The notes beneath the pieces are model-generated. The model saw nothing but the letters and a program-made list of their open reading frames with translations. It was not told the DNA's origin and searched no databases. Shown here in pieces: positions 11,266-23,410 of a stretch of 64,000 bases of DNA. The position numbers and the translations under genes are program-made. The stretch's first letter is position 1, and each line of letters begins with the position of its first letter. The stretch spans positions 31,434,001-31,498,000 of the forward strand of contig OZ365115.1 of NCBI GenBank assembly GCA_977030845.1, given 5' to 3'. Source of the stretch: Fimbriosthenelais zetlandica. Lineage: Eukaryota.

Positions 11266-13352
11266 CAAGACCAGTAAAACGTATTAGAAAACTTTGTCAG
11301 GAGTTTCGAGTATACAGAGAAATTTTCAATTACAATGGTCTTGAGAAACAATTTCTGGGTTAACAATGAAGAATGCATGTATCCTATTCAGAACACTACT
11401 TCCAGTTTCAATCTAGGAGCTGGGACGAGGCATGGTGTGTTCAGCCAACATAAATCATGCCTCCAATCCAGTCCACTTCCATTTCATCACGGTCTCCAAG
11501 ATCAACTCTGGATTTTCATCACAGATATTCTGTATCCATCGACCCCCTTTCACAAAAAGCAGGCCAAGTTTAAATGCATTTTCTCCATTCACTTTGGGCA
11601 GAGTGTCGCTCACGGCAAGTGTTGTGGCTGTGGAGTCAATCCCAATATTGAATATCTTGATTCTACACATGCTAGTTTTCCATCCACGTTGGTTATACCG
11701 GAGTCATGCACTGAATTAATATAAACTCAAGGCAAACAACTGATCCATACATCGGTTGACCTCAACTGAAACTGGACTTTGTCCATTGAATATGCATATC
11801 AAAATCAAAATGAAAGACTATAGTCTCAAATTGAAACGATACCTTACACAAGGTTCATATTGAAAGACCTTCACTCTGTATACTGCATTTGAATCGAAGC
11901 TTAGATCGATATTAGATAAGCATTTAAGACAAAAATGAATCTAATTTGATTGTGAATGGCCAACTACAATCCATCTCAACTTACCCATTCTCATTTCCTC
12001 AATGGATTGGTAAACAAGCAGACGGATGTACGTCTGCTTCCACACTGACAATGGGAGTACAAAACCCTGGGCGGAGTGAAGCATCGCAATCCAGCATGCC
12101 ATGCTCGACACGCCATCCATCCTCAGACCCAGACCTCAACAGCAACAACTTGAAAACTCAATTTTCATGTGCTAACAACTAGTTGAAGCTTTTAAAAGCC
12201 CCACTGGCTTGTTTTCATCTCTCAAGAAGAGCAGATTACATGTCAATTAGTGAGTGGATATGCCGATGATGAGCCAGCGTGAGGTCGCCTTTTATTGGCC
12301 TACCGACTGTGATCCGCCAAGTTTAAAGGGACTAGGGAGTTCATTTTAGCAGGCAGAGCTTTTCCACCTACTGATGCGAATGAATGAAATGAGTACTTGT
12401 ATCAACAGATTGTCACACGGGCCCAGTGAGCTTTTCGCGTGATGGCAGGCGAGAAATCAGACTGGAATATTTTACCAGCCAGTCCTTGATTTTTTTTATT
12501 AGAAATGTGTGGACATGTCAATTCAAAGTCTAGTCTAAGAGAAGGTACGAGGAGGAATAGAGAGACCTTGAGCTTCTGTAAATGTTAAATAATTAGATTG
12601 CAGGGAGCTGCCGCATGCAGGCAGTAGATTCACCTCCAAAATAGCTCTTTAAGAGTGAAAGGCAAGTCAGAATCTGTTCATGTTTAGAGCCATATTGAAC
12701 TAAAGAAGAGAATAGGATTAAATACGGATTCTCTGTAAATTCAAGAGAATTCAGGTCTTAAATTCTCCACCTGAACACCATATTATCATGTGCACGATGC
12801 CTTGATCAAATATCTTGAATCTCCAGGATCAAATAACCTGCAGAGTTCAAGTGGAATACAAGGTACACTGGAAACACTGAGCGGTAAAGCAACCACTGAG
12901 GCATGGAAGTCTGAAATCCTTTTCCTTCCCTTAGAAAATAGTATGCATTCATAACATTCAATCTAATAAAGAGAAAGCTGAAAAGAAAATTATTGAAAAG
13001 ACTCAGAACTCGGTTTTTGTATGAAGTTACAAATTACAGATGACACATCATGGACGGTGGAACCGACACATTCAATATTAACACTGGTCTCAATATAGAC
13101 CTGCCCATTCCTAATTCTACCCTAGAGAGCTAGACTAAAAGTGGCACCAAAGCAGCCATTGTTCATGCTAGAGGCAAAGAGGCTCAAAATGCAATGTTTT
13201 AACAAAGGTGCAGACCTGCTGTGAAAGCTATATGAAAGAAGTAATATTGTAAGCCAAAAGGCAAGACGAGAATATAGTGAAAGGGATTCAGATGAAAGGG
13301 AATTCAATGAGTATGAGGTAATTAATAGATATAATGCATCACTAGTTCAATG

Positions 13353-13380
13353 GTTTACCTGTCAAAAAAGAAAAGGTAGA
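13353..13380 (-). other. Candidate recursive splice site
   Basis: Minus strand TCTACCTTTTCTTTTTTGACAG|GTAAAC: AG at 13360-13359, GT at 13358-13357. Confidence 0.3.
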
Positions 13381-15230
13381 ATTCCCTTTAAAGCGGAATA
13401 CCAAGGCTTTTTTTTAACTATTCATCAAATGGTTCACATGGGCGGGTCCTACATTGTGAATTTCTTTCTGGTAAATGGTAAAGTACAATATGAGACAGAC
13501 AGACAATATGATTTTTTCTCATTCTACCTGTAATTTAGAAATGGGTGTAATATTCAACTGATGTCACTTTGAATTGAATATGACTTCAAGGGCAACCAAT
13601 CTAGTTGATGTGCATGCAGATTTGTTCTTGTATAAAGTAACTGTACTGACATATCTGGAATTGTAAATGAAACTGATCCTTCAATGCAGCACTCATTTTT
13701 CAAAGAATTACTACCAGCACTACCGGCACATCATTCAGCAAGTTTGAGAGACGACAATTAGCCTTTATTTAACCGATAACATCAGCACTGGGCTTTAAGG
13801 GAAGACAACTGCAGTACTTCATTCTACTTTCGCAATAGTACGAAACAAAGCATCTTTGGATAGAAGATAATGGGAGAGATATTAATGACCCTTGTATGGC
13901 ACTTATCGACAGATTCCAATAAGCGCTGAAGGCAGTGCATGGTCTCAGCTATATGAAGGCAATAACAGACTTATAGACCCATGTAGCTTCTCCTAAAACT
14001 ACACCCAAGTGTCTCTCTGACTACGTCTGAAGATGGCCATTAAGTATGATGCAGCTTAACATAAGCGGCACACGTCTATAAGCATACATACAGATGCCCT
14101 TTAGTTTCATATTTAAGACAAGGCACGTGCAGGTCCTTCTCCGTATGACCGAAGAGGGCCTTGTTAAAATTAATTGCTCTGTTATTATGACAGGTAGGCA
14201 AGTCTTGTGGTACAAGGGTTTGTTTACTGCCCGGAAAACGTTTCAGTAATGAAGCAATTTGGACTAAAAATGCAAGCATTCTCAGATGTCTGTCATAATG
14301 AATCGTGGCCATACGCAATGTAGGGTATTCACGAGCGGCTCTAGATGGCTGTTACGAAAGATTTTAAAAACTTGTACTGGGCTTGTAGTGAAATAAACCC
14401 ATGAAACTATCTAAAGAGCAATAATCATTTGATATGTTATTAGGAGCTATTATTCTCAGAATAGAGTGACGGCAGGTTTAATATATAGACGGAACATTAT
14501 GACTTCCAACCCGAACATCTTTTTACTATACACGTATAACTTTATACAGTAAGGGAAATGCCTCATTGCATAACGGTTACCACAGGTTTAAGAATTGGTT
14601 ATGCAACGGGGTTTGTTATGAGCCAGTGATATTATGTCGAACATTATTTCGGGTTGACAGTAAAACACCACTTCATGTGCAATATCGAGAATATACTTGG
14701 TTGACGAGTCCCTTACCAAGCCTGTAAATTGATAACCTTTGCTTTAGCCAAGCTGGTAAAGGAGCCAAGTGAATATACGATGGGCTTAGACAAGGTGTTA
14801 AAAGCATCGACCCCTATGCTTAACCATCCTATCCACCAGCTGCGCTCCTAGCCCTTTAAGTGTAAGATGTTTCTCTCCGTAGATCATAAAAACAAGACCA
14901 GGGCACTTACGCCCTTCAGACTGGCCCAAGCAAATCACACTGCAGCCGGGCCGCCAGTGACACCGCAATGGCATCAGAGCGAGGGCAAAGTGACAATCAA
15001 TTTGTGAAGAGGGAAATGATGTGATCTATGTGTGTAGGGGGATCAGGGCTGGGCGCTGTACCTAACCAGTGCTAACTAGCCACCACCTCTTTTTATTATA
15101 TCTGGGAGGAAAGGGTTGAAAAAGCACTGATCCACATATATATATGAGTGGTACTGTATACCAATGTGGTGGATCTATGTGCATGGTTGATATTGAAAAT
15201 GTAATGACAAAACTTTCCATCTTAACACAG

Positions 15231-15301
15231 GAAAGGGCAAAGAATTAATTCAAAATTTTGCAAATAATTTGTCCAAAACCCCCATTGACAGTGAACAAGG
15301 G
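15231..15301 (+). other. Candidate plus-strand exon (71 nt)
   Basis: Acceptor CTTTCCATCTTAACACAG (ends 15230), donor GGG|GTAAGA. One frame is open: KGKELIQNFANNLSKTPIDSEQG. Could be a pseudo-exon. Confidence 0.25.
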
Positions 15302-17401
15302 GTAAGATACCAGATGCTGTATCGTGGGCATATACATTCTGAGTATAACTATAAGGTTAGAGTATGGTCAGCAGGAGGGACTAAAAGTCCAAAGTCAAGA
15401 TTAATTTGAAGTTGATACTCAATTGGCCAACATATTCACTGCCTTCATGCGAGCAGGAGATAGAGAGACATAGATGTTAGGATGTTAGTACACCAGCTTT
15501 GACAATCATTCTGCATCATTTCCTCCATTCTCTCCCCCAACTTTACCCGGACCTTCCCCATGCAGAACCTGACCAATGATCCAATTTCATTTGCTCCAGC
15601 TTCAAAAAACCCTGAAGCGCACTAAAAGTCGATGCCAATTTTCCTCCCAATATCCTTTTCCCTTGTATTTGCTGGATATCTTTCTCCCAGCATTTATATC
15701 GGGCCTGGCTTTCTTTTTGTGGGGCGGCCTAATGGTTTTCCGCTGTCGGTCTCGAGATGTCCGATCAGGTATTCCTATTACTGTGTTTTGATCCAGGAAG
15801 CCTTTCCCCTACTGACCCCAGGACTGTAGAGTGCAGCAATAGAGGATGGCCAGAGGGAAGGCTGGCATTGTTGGCATGGTTGGTTTTGACAGGGCCATTA
15901 GAAGTTGACACAAAAGAGGGAGACAGAGGGAAGGCTTCAGGGGGAGATGATCCGAGGAGATAGCAGAGAGAAAGTTAGGCCATACAAGGATGATCACTCC
16001 CTCCCCACTGCGGGTTCCCATTCTGATAGCCCGGGATAATCAGGACATAATGAAGAACCCAGGACATTTAGCAGGCCTGGCATAGCATATTGATAATGTC
16101 CCATACTAAATAGTACATTTTATATCTCATATATGATACAGATACATTGATGTTTCAACGTTCCTTTTTCACTACATATTGCGAAGCAACCTTAAATTGC
16201 CAAGAATACACATCGGCCAGTATCTGCAGTTAAAAACCTTTTACTTACATTTTATTAGTAGACGGTGGGACTTTTAAGCAATCAACCAAACCGTAAACTT
16301 AAAAGATTTCCATCGCATGAGCTAAGTCGCCATCCTTAAATGATGGAGCTAGATTGGTTAAAACAACCTCTTTAGTCGATGCCTTTCAATGAGGCCTCTA
16401 ATCCTATAGCGTTTGACAAGGGCATGCATGGCAAGCAGTGTGGGTGTACGCATGCCACATATCATATAAGCCGCTATTCATGATAGAGGAAGGCTGACAT
16501 GACCAGGATAAGGGCCGCATACCTCTGATACACGGGCAGTGTTCAGCTGGAGTGTTGGTGTCAGATATTTGGTATTAGACGATGGCAGTTTGCATGTCTA
16601 AACAGCCACCAGCTCTGATAGTACAGCAATGATGAGGTCAGCCAGAGGGTGTATGATCCCAGGGAATCTCATTCAGAGTCTCATAGAATGACACAATGGT
16701 GGAAATATCGCATATATGCACTATAGGATGCCAGTCCAATGTGGCATAAGGCACCGATGGAATCCAGGCCGTTTCCACATCCGTACAACCTCTAAAGAAA
16801 TGGAATACGAGGTGTGGGACCCCTAATCAATCATCATAATTTTCTAACGTAAATGACACTGGGATTATAGGGAGCATAACAGAGTAGCGCTATCTATATT
16901 TTCATCACGTATTTTGTCCTAGGGACATGCTACCCTTGGCACTTCTTATGATTGCATCGAAGGCAATCCATTAAAATTTGTCCTTGTCCAATTACTACAA
17001 TATATCTTGTGCAGAGTAAATGTCTGAGTTGCATTTTCAAATTAACACCCATTTTGATCGGGCTAGGATCGAATGTACCTCCATGGATATATCACTGAAA
17101 TTCTTTCTTAATTGTTGTTTTAATCTGTTGTCAAAATTGGCTGGATTCAGGGTTTAAACCAGCCTTTGAAAAGCACTCAACCCAAGGCTTGCTCGCCCTC
17201 AGAAATGAGCCTGTTCATGACAAGCCCAGCTTTGGGGCCTCTTGTGTTTTCTGACCTTTTTTTCTTATCAGTACACCAAAAGGGCCTCGCCTCGCCGACC
17301 CTCCCCTCCCACTACTCCCAGGCAATGTCAGGTCATCAATTGGACATTGCCCTGCCCACCACACACCACTGTGACCATTGGATTGACCACTAGGACCACC
17401 T

Positions 17402-17446
17402 TCCCTTGTCAGACCTCATCAGCGAGTGACCACCAGTGTGTGGGGT
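17402..17446 (+). mobile_element. Possible decayed CR1/L2-type LINE ORF2 fragment
   Basis: Reads SLVRPHQRVTTSVWG, with the same spacing as the post-RT motif SLVRPHLEY-x-x-x-VW. Flanks contain stops. Confidence 0.3.
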
Positions 17447-18073
17447 AACATGCATGGCTAGTCCCTGGTTGAGATGAGAACAACACCCGTATCCCCGGTG
17501 GCACGGGGAGGCCCTGTATAATGTCAATGACCTGTATGGTGGCCGTGTTACATGGTCCCTGCACGCTAAGGGCTTTATAATGGCGAGGAACACCTCATTA
17601 AGATGCTGCTACACCATACAGGCTATGTTATAATACGGCTCATTTTACCCTCATATCTCTCAGTCTTCACATTATGAAGCGTTGTTAGAATTATTCCAGA
17701 GAATCAAAATTCCCCAATATGAATCATATCACTAGACCCAAAATCTACATCAAGTCTCCGGGGCACAATTTCACAAATATTTTATAGTTTTTTCATATGA
17801 TTTATCACTACAACTAATAATAAGTAATAGAAGATTTAAGTTTTAAATTCTTCGCCCTGATCAAGGATTCTCATGCATGGCCTAGAATGGCAGTCCCTCA
17901 TTCATCAATACATGTAGTTCACACACACAGACCTGATTCATATATAGTGACAGTTCACTCGACTCAAGCCCATTATAACTGTCAATAGGCCAGTTTAAGC
18001 ATGAATCACTATCTCCCTCTGGACCTATTAGTAATGGTCTCAGCCAGCAGTGGGATGCACCCTCAAAATCATC

Positions 18074-18126
18074 AGCCGTATATATACGGTCCGTAACCGT
18101 AATATATATACGGCTCATAACCGTAA
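18074..18126. repeat. Palindromic CCGTA/TACGG microrepeat cluster
   Basis: Perfect palindrome CCGTATATATACGG 18076-18089; 13-bp inverted repeat AGCCGTATATATA (18074-18086) / TATATATACGGCT (18103-18115); further CCGTAA copies. Confidence 0.85.
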
Positions 18127-20708
18127 ATGGAATCTTTAATAAATTTTCTCAGGATGGAGTAATTTGCTATTTCTCGTAGGAGATGCAGTGTCGGCACTTG
18201 CTCTTCTCTAAAGTCAGCATGCCTTCTATTATATGCCTGCCACAGATTGCGTATGATATGGTTGGCCATTGATTCCCCAGTTACCCGCACTTGGTGGAGA
18301 AGGACCATGTCAAATTTGGAGAATTCAGTTTTTTTAAATGAACCTGGGACCAACATTCGATTCAAAACTCCGTCCCACCGTCCCACAAATATACAGCTGT
18401 ATGGAATTTGAGATAAATGTACCCAAATATGGTTGACTGCCATTTTGGTGACGGTCACTCTGAGAGATGGAACATCAGGAGAATTGATGAGGGAGAAGCG
18501 GCGACTTGGAGGCTGTCACCCCGGCACCTTGTCTAATCAAGGAGACTTGTGATGACCATCACCATCCACCTATATCACCCTGTCACCATGGAAACATGGC
18601 CACCCTGGTGTATACATCGTCACCATGGTAATGGCCTGGCGGGAGCAGTCTCAGACCACTGCCTGATTGTATCATGTCCAGTACACACATGCTTTTTTGA
18701 TGGGGAGGGGCAGGGTCTGTCCGTGGCGGGGTCAGCCATGTTGTATGGATGATTAGAGGATGGGGGAGGGTGGTGGGGATTCAACACGACATCCATGTCA
18801 AATGGTGGTGTATAGGAAGCTACAGCAGCTAGACAGCCAATTAAAACTACCTCCAAGTCCTTACATCCTCCATTATTAATGTGGCTATTCCTATACGCGG
18901 AAAGCCACATTCATGTCAGCATTTTCCTTCTCGGATTTCATGAATATTAAATTGATGTTTGTATATTTCATAGGGACATATGGATGAGGAAAAATAAACC
19001 TTTTCTTTCTCATCCTAAAACATAAACAGGTACTGAAGAAAACTTTCAGAGATATTTTTAAAGATCCAACTGAATCAACTGATCACATCAGAACTTGGGA
19101 AGATTTTCTTTTCAAATTTCCGTTGACACGGCCAAGCCTTTGGGCGTTGGACCATGCACCCACTCAACAGCACCTAGGGTGTGTTGTTTTTAACAGAGGC
19201 TTATCGATGTGAGGAAGATCCAATGCCATTTGGTGCAGATAAAACCAAGGCCTTGATTCCTGCCGCCAGCTAAGTTGAGCGAAAAAGGCCCCCTTTATCC
19301 ATCCACAAACCTGTGGGTGGTCTCACCAGTATATAGCTATACTCCATACCAATACAGGTCATTATTTCATTCATCAGTTCACTATGTGAAACATTGGATG
19401 CGCTGCTCTGAACAGAAGGAGTTACAGAGTATACCAACCCACCCCTCAGCTACAATCAGCTGTCTCCCTGCTCAGAAGAAACCCGTCCCCAGGCCATGCT
19501 TTTGTCTGCACCTACAGTTGCCATCCATGCCTCAGGCTCGAACCATTGTTCTTCAGCATGTCCTACACACTAGTTAAGACCAGGAATCTTGGCTAATACC
19601 AACAACAAATCAGAGCCATCCCACAAGAATTAGACACCGAGGGGATTCAGTAATAGTGGCATGGGCCTGTACAATAGGAGCAAGTATTTCTGTAGATAAA
19701 AGTAGCATTTGTTAATCAAATTTCCCATGCAATCCACTGTATTGTCTTGCTGGTGATTATACAAGGTCTACAGGGAAGAGGGAACACAATGGCGTCCAGA
19801 TGAGATGCCTAGAGTGGTGAGGCAAGTTACTTCATCACGATCTCTATCAATAAGTCACATCCCCCCTCTATACTACTTCTACTGCTGGCTACACAGTATA
19901 CAATATAGGCCTGCTAGTCGTCCTTATATACTACCACTGCAACTCTAGAAATATAGCCTTCTTCAAATAGGCAATTTCATATACTACTTACATGAAAAGT
20001 GTATTCAGTGAGTCAGTAAGCAAATTGCTAACATCCAGCTGCTCAGGAAGGAATTGATTCCACCTGAACAAGTAGGAAACACGCTGTCGGCACAAATCTC
20101 TCGATCTGACATCAATGATTCTCTCACATGATTCTCACCACATTCAGCGGCTGGTATTGGATACTCCAGATAACAGCTGGATGGATGAGTACAATTGCAA
20201 ACTTGGAGTATATATACTTACATGGAAAGTTGATAGGATATAAAATGCATTACCTATATATCATGTATTTACATGATATTTTAGAAATGCCAATGCCACA
20301 GCGGGATTAACAACTGAAACATGCATTAAAATTGATTCTCTCTTCTCAACTGTTTTCCCCGCATTTATGCCTTGTCATCTGAATGAGCCAATAACAAATG
20401 TTTTGACTCAAGCCTTGCAGGTCAGGCTGCCAGCAACCAATCACAATAAAATATTCCCAGGCGGAGAATTAAAATGAAGGAGGTGAGAAATGAAAGGATT
20501 AACCTGTCTGGATGGGCCTAATGAAGAATCATCGCTCTTCTACAGGCACAACTCCCCGTCCTAAAACATTAACATTTCCACATTTTCCAATCACCAGATG
20601 GGATACGAGATTCATGTCTTCTGAGTCTTTGTTCTATTTTATTAGTGGTTCTCAGAGCAGTAGCTCCTTTCATCCAAGTCCTCATGGAAATGGGTGCTTC
20701 GGGGCACG

Positions 20709-20831
20709 TTGTAAATAGTATCTATGATGGGAAATATAATCCACTGTCATTTGGAAACAAGTTGTAAATGTTTCTATAATGGGAAACATAATCCGTGGTA
20801 ATTTGAAAACCAATTGTAAATGTATCTATGA
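20709..20831. repeat. Tandem repeat, ~52-53-bp unit, ~2.3 copies
   Basis: Units start TTGTAAAT at 20709, 20762 and 20814 and share the pattern TCTAT-x-ATGGGAAA-x-ATAATCC...TTTG-x-AAAC. Confidence 0.85.
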
Positions 20832-21258
20832 CAGAAACCTTAATGCAGTGAAATTTGTTTAAGGGAGGATGGGAAGGAACACACCCAAACCATTCACTGG
20901 TTGAATGGAATATTGCAAGTGAAGATCTTGTCCATTGACAATCTGAATGCTCATCTGACTGCCATTTGGCTGAATTAACACAAGTACCTCCAGCAAAAAC
21001 ATGAGGTATCATTCATTTGTTGGGCTTGATGTAGCGATAGTTTTAGATATGTGGTAACATGGAGAGAGGAGCTGGAGGGGTGAGATCCTTGAAGGCATCC
21101 TCCAAGGCCTGCAGCCTTCACGCATTCAACCACATTACAGACCAGATTAAAATGCAGATTTGAGATGTGCAGGCAAGTTTCATTGCAGCCTAATGATGTG
21201 TACTGATATTAATGAGGCATGAATAAACAAATTTGTGGGCGAGCTGGTGAGCTGGGGT

Positions 21259-21420
21259 AGGGATGGGGAGTGAGGATGGGGAGGGGAGGGGAGGAGGTTG
21301 GTATCCAGGGATGAGCTTCTCTGACACCTGGTTTCTGAAGGTGTAAATCATGCAGAGGGATGAATGAGGAGGAAGGGGAGAGAGAAGGGAATGAGAAGGA
21401 AGGTACGAATAGTGAATCAA
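21259..21420 (+). repeat. G/A-rich low-complexity tract with G4 potential
   Basis: GGGGTAGGGATGGGGAGTGAGGATGGGGAGGGGAGGGAGG followed by further purine runs. Confidence 0.8.
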
Positions 21421-21680
21421 AGAAGGCCAAACCTGGAGGAGAGATTACCATGTCAGCCTTCAAACCAGATTAAGAGATTCACGAGAAGGGAAACTGACAC
21501 AGATACGACAGTGACAGAGGATCTTATAAATCACCTGTCATTCTGGTGGACAGGAAAGATGGACAGAGAGATGGATATGCAGGGACAGATCGAGAATGAT
21601 ATGAGTGCAGTTGAGTAAGTTGGATGTCCAAGACACTGCGAAAAAGATGACATTGGAGGGAGATGCATTGAGAGTTGGAG

Positions 21681-21740
21681 GTAGAGAGAGGTAGAGAGCG
21701 AGAGCGAGAGAGAGAGAAGAGAGACAGAGAGACATAGAGA
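21681..21740 (+). repeat. Degenerate (GA)n microsatellite
   Basis: GTAGAGAGAGGTAGAGAGCGAGAGCGAGAGAGAGAGAAGAGAGACAGAGAGACATAGAGA. Confidence 0.9.
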
Positions 21741-22096
21741 GTCCACTAATCACAAAGCAAGAACTGGTAAACAAGCCACAGCAACCAGCACATGAATCTA
21801 CATCATTATCCTCCAGCCCAAAGGTCAGGCTTAAAACAAACTCACTTCCTCCGCCTGTACAATTTGAAGGCTAATTTAAGATAAGGACCTTATATATCCA
21901 TAAATAGATTCAAAAGACCGGGCGCAATGGATGGACCTACACAAACACAGTGTTTGGCCAGAGATAAAATCGTACAGCATTCAGACACACACAAGCATAT
22001 ATAAGCCCGACCTGAAGTTGTTGGTTGGAAAGTTTTTGTGTGTGTGTTGATTTCACAGCTTAATCTTGCAGGCCAGCCCACTGGTACACGCCGGGG

Positions 22097-22385
22097 TGAT
22101 AGAAAATACGGAGCAGGGTTTTTTCATTAACCGCTTGATCAGCGCGGGCAGCCGTGTGATGCCGGGAGAGGAGAGACAATGATGATAACAGCTTTATCAC
22201 TGTAAAGATAAGGCACCGCTGTCCAGCGCCCATTAAGATGGATCGAATATATCAGCACTTTTCCACCAATCACGTCCTCCCTTGCCATTTACTGCGGGGC
22301 CTTGTAAACAGACATTACGTCACTCGGCTATCATGACTGTCAATCAGCTATGATACCGTGACATGACGTTGTTATCGTCATGTCA
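22097..22385. promoter_or_regulatory. Candidate developmental enhancer (GATA x4, Fox, CCAAT, PBX-MEIS/PREP decamer)
   Basis: TGATAG 22097, TGATAA 22183, TTATCA 22194, AGATAA 22206, CCAAT 22266, TGTAAACA 22303-22310, TTACGTCA 22315-22322, CTGTCAATCA (= TGATTGACAG) 22337-22346; CpG-rich. Confidence 0.45.
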
Positions 22386-23370
22386 GGGAATGAATGACGA
22401 GATGTCAGTGGGATCAATTGATAAGAACATCGGTGAATGGAATAGGCAGATTTCACGTCCCGACCAGACGAGACAGGTATGCCTATCACAGGATGAGTGT
22501 ATCCTGGAATATGACAATGCAAAAGAACACCCACCTCAATGTCCAATCATTTATGGTCAAGATAATGAATCCAATGAAGATTTCATTCCTAAAACGGTCT
22601 TATCTAGGAACCATAATTCAAGGAAACTTTTCTGTTCAAACACAACAAATGATAGCCCTTCTAGTACAGGACCAACTACCATAATCGACAAATGCTCAAT
22701 GTCATCCAAGAACCTGTTCAGGCTCACTGGTAGAGGCTTTTAATACAATATATGTACGGGTGGTTCAGTCTATACGCCCACATTTAGCCTAAAATGCTCC
22801 CATCTATATAGCTACAGTATTACACCAAATCTATGGAAGCATTATTGAGGCCACATGTGACCCGGAGTTTCACCCTGAATAGATCAACAATGAGGCTGAG
22901 CCGGAGTCTGTGATATAAGCTAGACCGCCTGCACATGTTATCACACGGCACAGCTATTTATCCTGGATGAGAGATTAAGCTTTACTGGGATCCATCTAGC
23001 CATTTACTGCACGCCTCTATTGCCTTTATGTAACCCTGATAACCCAGAGGATACATCTTCTTCTACAGGCATGAATCATTGTATAACTGGCTGGCTGAAG
23101 CTGGATCCACTTGGGGTTTTTCGCCGCATGCGATTCTTCCAAATTGTGTTTTCTGCAGATGTTACAACTACTGCAAGAATGCCGCAAGAAGAATTGAGAG
23201 AAGAGAAGAATCGCAAAGCAAATTAAGGTTGAATGTACATGCGACGTAAAAATTTGGAGAGACCTTTTCCAGGGTGTTGAATCTGATCTGGGGGTAGCTG
23301 AATTTGAAGTCTCTCAACTAGGTGGAAAAAAGATATTTTAGATAAATCAAAGAGATGAAATGTGGCTTAC

Positions 23371-23410
23371 CTTTGAATCTAGTTGTAAGAAGGGAAGTCA
23401 TAGGTTGGAT
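23371..23410 (-). other. Candidate exon (40 nt) of a minus-strand long-intron transcript
   Basis: Acceptor TATATTCTTTTTCATTGCAG (AG 23412-23411), donor AAG|GTAAGC. One open frame, IQPMTSLLTTRFK, which contains an ATG. Confidence 0.5.

Noticed and set aside
11400-11720. MKWKWTG...EHTMPR resembling an RTE ORF2 C-terminus
   Set aside because: The GH motif is absent and the frame is broken; cannot be told from chance.
14507-14656. Two nested 9-bp inverted repeats (CAACCCGAA, TTGCATAAC)
   Set aside because: Short arms with asymmetric spacers; expected by chance somewhere in 64 kb.
22363-22743. ORFs with ILEYDNAKEHP (pogo DDE-like) and FHVP...SWN (LINE tail-like)
   Set aside because: Two incompatible weak resemblances in overlapping frames point to pattern over-reading; the region is better explained as regulatory.
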